Source: Holophagaceae bacterium UBA692 (GTDB taxonomy: Bacteria; Acidobacteriota; Holophagae; Holophagales; Holophagaceae). From it: DNA of 43,139 nt. A program made the position numbers and the translations under genes. The DNA is taken from NCBI GenBank assembly GCA_002297665.1, contig DBMS01000294.1:15934-59072 (forward strand). The letters run 5' to 3'. Every line of letters starts with the position of its first letter. Position 1 is the first letter of the stretch. This document shows positions 24,468 through 32,040 of the stretch, in pieces. Below the pieces are notes generated by a model. That model was not told the origin of the DNA, searched no databases, and saw nothing but the letters and a program-made list of their open reading frames with translations.

Positions 24468-26318
24468 CTACAGCCCCAGGCGCGCGACGGTTTCAGGCGT
24501 GGGCACCCCGTCGGGGGTCCAGCCGCGCACCTGGTAGTACTCGGGCAGCATCTTGCCCAGCTCGGCCACCTTGCCCTTCATGGGGCCGGTCTTGGCGGGC
24601 TCGTTGAGCAGGCGCGGCGGCAGGGTGTCGTCCTTGCCCGTGAGGCCGGCGGCGAGGTTGTATGCGCGCTCGAGGTTCCAAACCCGCTCGCCCAGGAGCA
24701 TCAGGCGCTCCAGGGACCAGTCTCCGCCCAGCGCGGGCTGGATCATGGACTGGATGTCCGGGCCGCCCCAGGCGAAGGTGGTGAACAGGCAGATGCCGGC
24801 GGAGTCCACCACGGCCGTGAGGTCCTGGAAGGCCTTGAGCATGGGGGCCTTCCCCTCGGTGGCGCCGGGATCCATCTTCAGGGGGATGCCCAGCACTTCG
24901 GGCGAGACCATGTAGCCGCGCACGTGGCAGGCGCCGCGGTTGCTGGTGGCGTACTCCAGGGCCATGCCCTGCAGGCCGCGGCCGTCGTAGGCGGGGAATT
25001 CCTGGCCCTTGACGGACATGGACAGGTCGGGCCGGCCGTACGACGTGCACAGCACACGGGAACCCAGGCCGATGACCTTTCCGAAGCCCACGCCCTGGGC
25101 GGTCATCTCCGCGAGCTTCACCAGGGCCTCGGCGCTGCCCCATTCCAGGCCGAACCCCACCTCCTCCTTCTTGATGAGGCCCAGCTCATAGAGCTCCATG
25201 GCCGCGCCGATGGTGGTGCCCAGGGTGATGGGATCGAACCCGTCCTCGTTGCAGAGGAAGTTCGCATAGGTGAGCGCCTCCAGGTCAGACACGCCGCAGG
25301 CCGCGCCCAGGGCCCAGGCGGCCTCGTATTCCACGCCGCCCGACGCGCCGTGGTACTGGGGCTTGTCCTTCACGGCGAAGTGACCCTTGTCCATCTTCGA
25401 GATGCGCCCGCAGGCGATGGTGCACCCGAAGCAGGCGTTGTTGGTGACGAGGTTCGGTTTTCCGTCGCTGTCCCTGGGCTGCTTCATCGCCTCGCCGGAA
25501 ATGGCGTGGGCGCCCTCGAACTGGATCTCCTTGTGGTTGCGCGTGGGCAAGGCCCCCACCTCGTTGATGACGTTCATGAGCACCTGGGTCCCGTAGGCCG
25601 GCAGGCCCTGGCCCGTGACGCCGTTGCCCGCGAGCACGGCCTTGGCCGCGGCCACGGCCTTGAAGAAGCCCTCGGGATCGGCCGGGGCGTAGGCGTCCGT
25701 GCGCGTGCCCCGGATGGCCACGGCCTTGAGGTTCTTGGAGCCCATGACGGCCCCCACCCCCGAACGGCCCGCGGCGCGGTGCAGGTCATTGACGATGCCG
25801 GCGAAGAGGACGCCGTTCTCGCCCGCCCTGCCGATGCTGGCCACCCGCAGTTGCGGGTCCTGGTGGGCGTGCTTGATGAGCTCCTCCGTTTCCCAGCAGG
25901 TGCGGCCCCACAGGTGGGCGGCGTCCAGCAGCCGGGCCTCGTCGTTCTCCAGGAGGAGGTACACCGGCTTTTCCGACCGGCCTTCGAAAATGATCATGTC
26001 GTAGCCCGCGAACTTCATCTCGGCGCCGAAGTAGCCGCCGGAGTTGGAGCAGGCGATGGCGCCCGTGAGGGGGCCCTTGGTGACCACCGCGTAGCGCCCG
26101 CCGGTGCTGGCGGAGGTCCCCGTCAAGGGGCCCGTGGCGAAGATGAGCTTGTTGCCTTCGGCCAGGGGGAGGACCTTGGGATCGGTCTCCTCCACAAGGT
26201 ACTTGGTGGCCAGGCCCCGCTGGCCCAGGTACTGGCGGGCCCATTCCAGGTTCAGGGGTTCGGCCTGGCAGGTGCCGGCCGTGAGGTTCACGCGAAGGAT
26301 CTTCCGGGTCCAGGTCAT
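24468..26318 (-). CDS. aor: Tungsten aldehyde oxidoreductase catalytic subunit (AorB-type, 616 aa)
   Basis: YLGQRGLA, KGPLTG, AAGRSGVGAVMGSKNLKA, CFGCTIAC, VEYE, SNRGACH, DSAGIC. Confidence 0.95.
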   Translation of the reverse strand: MTWTRKILRVNLTAGTCQAEPLNLEWARQYLGQRGLATKYLVEETDPKVLPLAEGNKLIFATGPLTGTSASTGGRYAVVTKGPLTGAIACSNSGGYFGAEMKFAGYDMIIFEGRSEKPVYLLLENDEARLLDAAHLWGRTCWETEELIKHAHQDPQLRVASIGRAGENGVLFAGIVNDLHRAAGRSGVGAVMGSKNLKAVAIRGTRTDAYAPADPEGFFKAVAAAKAVLAGNGVTGQGLPAYGTQVLMNVINEVGALPTRNHKEIQFEGAHAISGEAMKQPRDSDGKPNLVTNNACFGCTIACGRISKMDKGHFAVKDKPQYHGASGGVEYEAAWALGAACGVSDLEALTYANFLCNEDGFDPITLGTTIGAAMELYELGLIKKEEVGFGLEWGSAEALVKLAEMTAQGVGFGKVIGLGSRVLCTSYGRPDLSMSVKGQEFPAYDGRGLQGMALEYATSNRGACHVRGYMVSPEVLGIPLKMDPGATEGKAPMLKAFQDLTAVVDSAGICLFTTFAWGGPDIQSMIQPALGGDWSLERLMLLGERVWNLERAYNLAAGLTGKDDTLPPRLLNEPAKTGPMKGKVAELGKMLPEYYQVRGWTPDGVPTPETVARLGL

Positions 26319-26328
26319 GGCCGCCTCC

Positions 26329-26808
26329 TCACACCGCTGCCGGGTTGTTGTCGGTCCTGCCGGCCCACCGCCGCATCCGGTCCAGCCCCGTCCAGTCCGC
26401 ATCCACATAGGTGATGGCCCCCGTGGGGCAGGCCCCCGCGCAGGCGGGCTCGCCCCCGTCGCACAGGTCGCATTTCTGCACCTTGCCGGTGGCCGCGACG
26501 TAGTTCACGGTGCCGAAGGGACAGGCGATGGTGCATACCTTGCAGCCCACGCAAAGGTCCTCCAGCACCTTCTTGGCGCCGGTGGCCGGATCCAGGACGA
26601 TGGCCTCCACGGGGCAGGCGTGGAGGCACCAGGCCTCGTCGCATTGCGTGCAGGTGTACGGCACCTTGCGTCCCTCGTCCTCGAAGCCGAACACCTTGAT
26701 GCGGGAACGGGAGATGGTGAAGGTGTGGTGGTGCTCGTATGCGCAGGCCATTTCGCATTGGAGGCAGCCCGTGCATTTGTTGGGATCCATCTTCAGGGAT
26801 TTCTGCAT
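26329..26808 (-). CDS. 4x[4Fe-4S] electron-transfer subunit (AorA-like)
   Basis: CTGCLQCEMAC, CTQCDEAWCLHACP, CVGCKVCTIACP, KCDLCDGGEPACAGACPT; C-terminal helix WTGLDRMRRWA; GGAGG RBS. Confidence 0.92.
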   Translation of the reverse strand: MQKSLKMDPNKCTGCLQCEMACAYEHHHTFTISRSRIKVFGFEDEGRKVPYTCTQCDEAWCLHACPVEAIVLDPATGAKKVLEDLCVGCKVCTIACPFGTVNYVAATGKVQKCDLCDGGEPACAGACPTGAITYVDADWTGLDRMRRWAGRTDNNPAAV

Positions 26809-26921
26809 CGAGGTGCCTCCTGTGGGGATTTGGCGGGAAGTATGGACTTCACCCGCGCGTCGCCACAGCCAGAGACACCGTATCAACGGCAACTATATAA
26901 ATATTAATGCATAGAAGGGAT

Positions 26922-26945
26922 CGATATATCCGCGCGAAACCACCG
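26922..26945. promoter_or_regulatory. Putative ModE operator upstream of aorA
   Basis: CGATATAT-N8-AACCACCG; 18/24 identical to the site upstream of tupA. Confidence 0.6.
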
Positions 26946-26948
26946 TAC

Positions 26949-26977
26949 AAAAAGAGCGGCCACCCGCAGGTGGCCGC
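26949..26977 (-). terminator. Intrinsic terminator after hup
   Basis: GCGGCCACC-CGCA-GGTGGCCGC 9-bp stem followed on the minus strand by TCTTTTT. Confidence 0.75.
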
Positions 26978-26996
26978 CTTCCGGGTCCGGTGGGAC

Positions 26997-27296
26997 CTAC
27001 ATCTGGTCCTTGAGGCCCTTGGCGGCCTTGAAGACGACCTTGCGGCCGGCGGGGATCTGGATCTTCTCGCCGGTCTTGGGGTTGCGGCCCATCTTCTCGC
27101 GGGTGGCGCGCACTTCGAAGGTGCCCAGGCCGAAGACGTTCACGCGCTTGCCGCCGAGGAGGGACTGCACGATCTCGTCACGGAGACCGTCGAGCATGGC
27201 CTTGGCGCGGGCCTTGGTGAGATCGTGGGCCTCGGCGAGGGAGGCGGACAGTTCGGGAATGCCGATGGTTTCGGGCTTGGAGGTGGTCTTGGTCAT
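26997..27296 (-). CDS. hup: HU family DNA-binding protein
   Basis: VNVFGLGTFEV, GRNPKTGEKIQIPA, VVFKAAKGLKD. Confidence 0.92.
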   Translation of the reverse strand: MTKTTSKPETIGIPELSASLAEAHDLTKARAKAMLDGLRDEIVQSLLGGKRVNVFGLGTFEVRATREKMGRNPKTGEKIQIPAGRKVVFKAAKGLKDQM

Positions 27297-27371
27297 GCTG
27301 TTCCTCTCTGGAGGCGGTATTGAGGATCTGAAGCCGGACGCGGGCGGCCCGGCTCCGTGGAACGGGAAGGA

Positions 27372-27821
27372 CTACTCGGCCGCGAGGGCCGTGACTTCGA
27401 GGGCGATCTTCGCGTGGACGCCGGCGTAGATGCGCACGTCCGCTTCGTAGGCGCCCACGGCCTTGACGTGGGGCACGGTGATGCTCTGCTTCTCGACCTC
27501 GAAGCCCTTGGCCTTGAGCAGCTCGGCCACGTCGCCGTTGGTGACGGAACCGAAGAGGTGGCCGTTCTCGCCCACCTTCTTGGCCACGGAAAGGGCCAGG
27601 GCGGAAAGCTTCTCGGCCAGGGACTGGGCGTCGGCGAGCTCCTTGGCGCGCAGCTTGATGTTGCGCTCCTTCTCGAGCTCGATCTGGCGCTTGTTCCCGG
27701 CGGTCACGGGCAGGGCCTTCTTGCGGGGAAGGAGGAAGTTCCGGGCGTAGCCGTCCTTGACGTTGACGACGTCCCCGCGCACGCCCAGATTGGGCACGTT
27801 CTCGATGAGCAGAATCTCCAT
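27372..27821 (-). CDS. rplI: 50S ribosomal protein L9
   Basis: ILLIENVPNLGVRGDVVNVKDGYARNFLLP; GHLFGSVT. Confidence 0.97.
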   Translation of the reverse strand: MEILLIENVPNLGVRGDVVNVKDGYARNFLLPRKKALPVTAGNKRQIELEKERNIKLRAKELADAQSLAEKLSALALSVAKKVGENGHLFGSVTNGDVAELLKAKGFEVEKQSITVPHVKAVGAYEADVRIYAGVHAKIALEVTALAAE

Positions 27822-27956
27822 TGGGTTGATCTCCAGTGCATGGCCAGCGCTAAGGCGTTGTCCCCTCATAGGTTAGGCTGGGAAACAGTTCCCGGCCAGG
27901 GTTCTCCATGGGTCTGGAGCCCGTTCCCTCGGTGGGTTGAGGCCACTTTTTCTGTC

Positions 27957-27985
27957 ATATTACTTTAACCCGACACTCCTCTTAA
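27957..27985 (-). promoter_or_regulatory. Possible sigma70 promoter TTAAGA-N17-TAATAT for rplI-hup
   Basis: AT-rich hexamers at 17-bp spacing in a GC-rich background. Confidence 0.45.
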
Positions 27986-27994
27986 CGGAACCCC

Positions 27995-28363
27995 ATGGAT
28001 TCTGCATCCGACAGAAGATCGAAGCTTCGCATCGTGGTTGGACCGGACATCACCATCCAGTTCCGCGTGAAGCAGTTCGAATACAAGAACATCCGGATCA
28101 CCAACCTGAGCGCCGGCGGCTGCTTCGCCACCCTGCCCCGGGCCGAGAACCATCTTTTCCGCCAGGGAACCCTCCTGGAACACTTCGGCTTCGAGTATCC
28201 GGACCTTACGGGTGAGCCATTCATGGCCAAGGTCGCCTACGTGCTGGGGGGCTCCGGCGGCGGGAGGGGCGCCCTGGAACTCATCGGCCTGGGCATTCAT
28301 TTTCTCGCCATGACGCCGTCCATGGAGGAGTCGCTCCTCCACTTCGTCGAATCGAGAAGCTAG
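27995..28363 (+). CDS. Stand-alone PilZ domain protein
   Basis: RRSKLR (RxxxR) and NLSAGG (D/NxSxxG) motifs; GLGIHF. Confidence 0.8.
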   Translation: MDSASDRRSKLRIVVGPDITIQFRVKQFEYKNIRITNLSAGGCFATLPRAENHLFRQGTLLEHFGFEYPDLTGEPFMAKVAYVLGGSGGGRGALELIGLGIHFLAMTPSMEESLLHFVESRS

Positions 28364-28372
28364 GGCAGCCTC

Positions 28373-29740
28373 CTAGATCATCCCCACCCACGGACCCGTC
28401 TCCGGCCGCAGGTGCAGTTCGGGCAGCTCGTTCTCCTTGAACATGAAGTGGCTGCTGTTCCAGCTGCCGCAGGCCTCGCAGCGGTCCACGTAGTCGGGGG
28501 TCTTCTGGCCGCACACGCTGCACTCGAAGCGCTGGCGGAGGATGCCGAGGTTGCGGAGGAGCTGGCGGTACTCGTTCAGGGCCTGCTCCATGCGCCCGCG
28601 CCGGGAATGGATCTTGGCCATGAAGAAGAAGAGGATGGGCGAGTAGACCACCTGGGCCCGCACCTCCTGGAACAGCACCAGGGCCTCGTCCAGGATCTCC
28701 AGGCGGTAGAGCATCTTGCCCAGGAAGAACTTGGCGGTCGTGGCGAACTCGCTGGTGGCGGCGATGCGGCGGAGCACGGCGAGCCCCTCCTCGGGCTTGC
28801 CGCTCTGGATGAAGTAGTCCTCCACCTCCTGAAGCAGGGCGCCCTCCCCGGTGGTGCGGAAGCCCTCCTGCCAGATCTCCAGGCCCTGGACCTCCTGGTC
28901 CTGCAGGATCATGCAGCGCCCCAGGGAGAGGTAGGCCGGAACGAAGGTCGTGTCCTCCTTCAGGATCTGCTGGAAGATCTGCGCGGCCTCCTTGTAGAGG
29001 TCGGCCTCCACCTTGGTGAGACCCACCTGGTACTGCAGGGCCGTGCCCTGGGCCCGCTCGGGGCTGTTCACTTCCTTGCCGAACCGGGACACGAGGCGCT
29101 TGTGGACGTCCAGGGCCTCCTCCCAGCGCCCGGCGTCCATGTGCAGGGTGCGCAGCTTGCGCAGGGCCCGGAGCGCCTGCTTGGGGTTGTCCCCCGCCAC
29201 GCGCTTCAGGAGGACGGTGGCGGCCTCGGGGTTGCGGGCGGCGATGAGTGCGTCGGCCAGCAGGTACTGGAATTCGATCGCCGCGGGATGGGCCGCCGCG
29301 CAGCCCTCCAGGTGCTTGACGGCGGCGTCGTAGTCGCCCAGCTTCACCAGGGCCTCGCCCATGAGCAGGCTCGCGGCCTCGTGGTCCCCGCGCTCGCGCA
29401 GGACGCTCTCAAGCACCTGCCGGGCATGGCCGGGAAGCCCATGGGACAGGAGATCCCGGGCCTCGGCCAGGAGGCTGGAGAGGCGCTTTCCCGCCCGGGT
29501 CGCGGCGGACGCGTTGATGCCCTTGACGAAGCGGGTGAATTCCATGATGCCGGTGTAGAGCAGGTTCAGCACGAAGCCCAGGAGGAAGGCGCCCACCAGC
29601 AGGGACGACACCCGCACGCTCGCGCCGCTCCAGAGCTGGATGTCCTGCCCCAGCACGGCGGTGTTCCCCATGTACACGTAGCCCACCGACATGAGCACGA
29701 AGGCGATGAGCACGATGAAGAGCACGTTGATCAGACGCAT
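28373..29740 (-). CDS. LapB-like TPR protein with LapA-like N-terminal TM hairpin and C-terminal rubredoxin-like motif
   Basis: Two N-terminal TM segments, multiple TPR-like helices, FECSVCG...CEACGSWNS. Confidence 0.78.
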   Translation of the reverse strand: MRLINVLFIVLIAFVLMSVGYVYMGNTAVLGQDIQLWSGASVRVSSLLVGAFLLGFVLNLLYTGIMEFTRFVKGINASAATRAGKRLSSLLAEARDLLSHGLPGHARQVLESVLRERGDHEAASLLMGEALVKLGDYDAAVKHLEGCAAAHPAAIEFQYLLADALIAARNPEAATVLLKRVAGDNPKQALRALRKLRTLHMDAGRWEEALDVHKRLVSRFGKEVNSPERAQGTALQYQVGLTKVEADLYKEAAQIFQQILKEDTTFVPAYLSLGRCMILQDQEVQGLEIWQEGFRTTGEGALLQEVEDYFIQSGKPEEGLAVLRRIAATSEFATTAKFFLGKMLYRLEILDEALVLFQEVRAQVVYSPILFFFMAKIHSRRGRMEQALNEYRQLLRNLGILRQRFECSVCGQKTPDYVDRCEACGSWNSSHFMFKENELPELHLRPETGPWVGMI

Positions 29741-29773
29741 GGAGGTTCCCCGTTTCGAAGGCCTAGTTTGGCA

Positions 29774-30577
29774 TCATTTGGCCGTGCCGTGATTCTCGGC
29801 CAGCCAGTTCCTGGCGGCCTGGAGATCCGACCATACGGCCCTTCGCACGTCCTGGGTGTACTGCCGCAGCACGTAGGCGGGATGGAAGGTGGGCATCACG
29901 GGGATCCCGCCCAGCATGTCCAGGGTGTGCCACTGCCCGCGGACGCGGGTGATGCCGGTCGTCACGCCCAGGAGCTCGCGCAGGGGCGTCGCGCCCAGGG
30001 TGACGATGACCCCGGGGCGGACCAGCTCGATCTGGCGCCTCAGGTAGGGCAGGCAGCGCTGGGCCTCGGCGGGGGTGGGGGTGCGGTTGTCCGGGGGCCG
30101 GCACTTCACCACGTTGCAGATGTAGACCTGGTTCCGCTCGAAGCCCATGGCCCCCAGCATCCGGTCCAGGAGTTCCCCGGCCTTGCCCACGAAGGGGCGC
30201 CCCTGCAGGTCCTCGTCCCGTCCGGGACCCTCGCCCACGAAGAGGATCCTCGCCTTCGGGTCGCCCTCCCCGAAAACGAACTTCATGCGGCCGGCCCCCA
30301 GGGGGCAGGCCAGGCACCCCTGGATGCAGGCCTCCAGGTCGGCCAGGCTCCCGGCCGCCTCCACCAACTCCTGGGGGGGAAGAGCCTTGGGCCCCGATGG
30401 GGGCGGAGGGGCGGGGGCAGTCGTTGTTTTTTCCAATACGGGCTTTTGCGCCACAATGTTTTTTGCGGGCGCAACAGGGGTATCGGGAAGAACCTCGGGT
30501 TGGTATGGTGGAGGAACCAGACCGATCACCCCCAGGTCCTGGAGGGTGTCGCGCCAGTGGTGGAAATGCCCGCTCAT
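29774..30577 (-). CDS. Uracil-DNA glycosylase family 4
   Basis: CLACPL, FVGEGPG, PFVGKAG, NVVKCRPPDNR, TFHPAY. Confidence 0.93.
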   Translation of the reverse strand: MSGHFHHWRDTLQDLGVIGLVPPPYQPEVLPDTPVAPAKNIVAQKPVLEKTTTAPAPPPPSGPKALPPQELVEAAGSLADLEACIQGCLACPLGAGRMKFVFGEGDPKARILFVGEGPGRDEDLQGRPFVGKAGELLDRMLGAMGFERNQVYICNVVKCRPPDNRTPTPAEAQRCLPYLRRQIELVRPGVIVTLGATPLRELLGVTTGITRVRGQWHTLDMLGGIPVMPTFHPAYVLRQYTQDVRRAVWSDLQAARNWLAENHGTAK

Positions 30578-30662
30578 GGTCCTAGAGTACCCAATTCCAC
30601 GAAGGGGATCACATTCCGGGAACATTTGCCTCCCCTTCATCATTTAGAAATCGGAGCCATGC

Positions 30663-31190
30663 ATGGAGCCGTTCAATCCGCCGGATCTTCCCTTCGGGGA
30701 AACCACTGACTTTCACGAAATTTTTTCCTGCCTCTATCCCCGTTTGGTAAGCTACGCACGGCGCTACGGCGCCACTTACCCGGAAGATATTGCCCAGGAA
30801 GCGTTCGTCATTCTCATGCAGCGGGAAACCCCCGTCGAACATCCCACCGCCTACCTTTACGGTACCGTGCGCACCCTCTCCCTCACGGAGCGCCGGCCCC
30901 TGAAGAACCAGTCCATCAGCCTTGAAGCCGTCATGGAGCAGGGCAAGGGGCCGGAGGCGGACGACGACCTGCTCAGCCAGGAGGTCCGGGAGCGGATGAA
31001 GACCCTCTCCCCCACCTTCCGCGAGACCCTCTGGCTCTTCGTGGTGGAGGACCTTTCCATCCGCCAGATCGCGGAAATCCTCGACATCCCCGAAGCCACC
31101 GTCAAGACCCGCATCCACCGCGCCAAAGCCCACCTCAGGAACCAACTCAATTCGACCGGAAACTCTGGAGGCCTTCATGTCCTGGCTTGA
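30663..31190 (+). CDS. ECF RNA polymerase sigma factor
   Basis: EDIAQEAF region 2; LSIRQIAEILDIPEATVKTRIHRAK region 4. Confidence 0.9.
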   Translation: MEPFNPPDLPFGETTDFHEIFSCLYPRLVSYARRYGATYPEDIAQEAFVILMQRETPVEHPTAYLYGTVRTLSLTERRPLKNQSISLEAVMEQGKGPEADDDLLSQEVRERMKTLSPTFRETLWLFVVEDLSIRQIAEILDIPEATVKTRIHRAKAHLRNQLNSTGNSGGLHVLA

Positions 31191-31683
31191 CCCCCAACGC
31201 AGCCAAGAACCTTCCGGCGACACGGCGCTGCGGGCCGAACTCCGTTCCCTTCTCGGCATGAAGCCGCGCAACTACTTCGAATCCGAGCCCACCCCCGAGC
31301 TCGTCGCCCTGGCCGAGGAGCTGCGCAAGGAGGCGCGGCGCCGCAACCACACCGCCCGGCGCCGCAGCCACTGGATGCTCCTGGCCGCCGCCCTGCCCCT
31401 GGCCGTGGCCTTCGGCGGCGTGAGCCTCTGGGGCATCGCCCAGAAGCACAAGGCCGAGGACCTGGCTTCCGCCATGGTGCAGAAGGAGGCCGAGCTCACC
31501 CGCATGGCCGCCTCCGCCAGGCGCGCGCCCGTCCCGGAAAAGTCCGTCCAGGTCCAGCAGCCCCTCCTGGTTTCGGGCCGCAAGCAGCCCAAGCCCGCCA
31601 CCAAGGGCAAGGAACTGGTCATTCCCATCGAACGTCCCGCCAACGTCATCCCCCAGGACACCCAGCAGGTGAAGGCCCACTGA
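31177..31683 (+). CDS. Probable single-pass membrane anti-sigma factor
   Basis: Overlaps the sigma gene; basic patch followed by TM (WMLLAAALPLAVAFGGVSLWGIA). Confidence 0.6.
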   Translation: MSWLDPQRSQEPSGDTALRAELRSLLGMKPRNYFESEPTPELVALAEELRKEARRRNHTARRRSHWMLLAAALPLAVAFGGVSLWGIAQKHKAEDLASAMVQKEAELTRMAASARRAPVPEKSVQVQQPLLVSGRKQPKPATKGKELVIPIERPANVIPQDTQQVKAH

Positions 31684-31726
31684 TCGGCGTCCGTTTCCGG
31701 CTAGAATCGGACCTGGAGCGACGCCC

Positions 31727-32014
31727 ATGTCCAGCGGAATGGAATTACTCATCTTGATCTGCTCCGCCCTGGCCGCGGCCCTGGCGGGGATGAGCGTCTT
31801 CAGCAACAGCCGGCCGCCCGACGGCCGCATCAACCAGGTGATGGACGAGGTGGAGGAGCTCAAGGGGCTCCTGAACCAGATGCAGAAGTCCATCCTCCAG
31901 CTGGAGCGGAAGTTCGAAAAGGAGTCCAAGGACGGCCGGGCGGAATTCAAGGACGTCCTGGAAAGGGTGGCCGAGCGCATCGACAAGCGGATGGTGGAGC
32001 TGGGCAACCTCTGA
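31727..32014 (+). CDS. Small membrane-anchored coiled-coil hypothetical protein
   Basis: N-terminal hydrophobic helix followed by a heptad-rich charged region. Confidence 0.65.
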   Translation: MSSGMELLILICSALAAALAGMSVFSNSRPPDGRINQVMDEVEELKGLLNQMQKSILQLERKFEKESKDGRAEFKDVLERVAERIDKRMVELGNL

Positions 32015-32040
32015 ACCGCCCGTGCCCCCGGTTCCCCCGG

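Noticed and set aside
27835-27950. tRNA, 5S rRNA or SRP RNA
   Set aside because: Lacks T-loop/D-loop, 5S and SRP conserved motifs despite multiple hairpins
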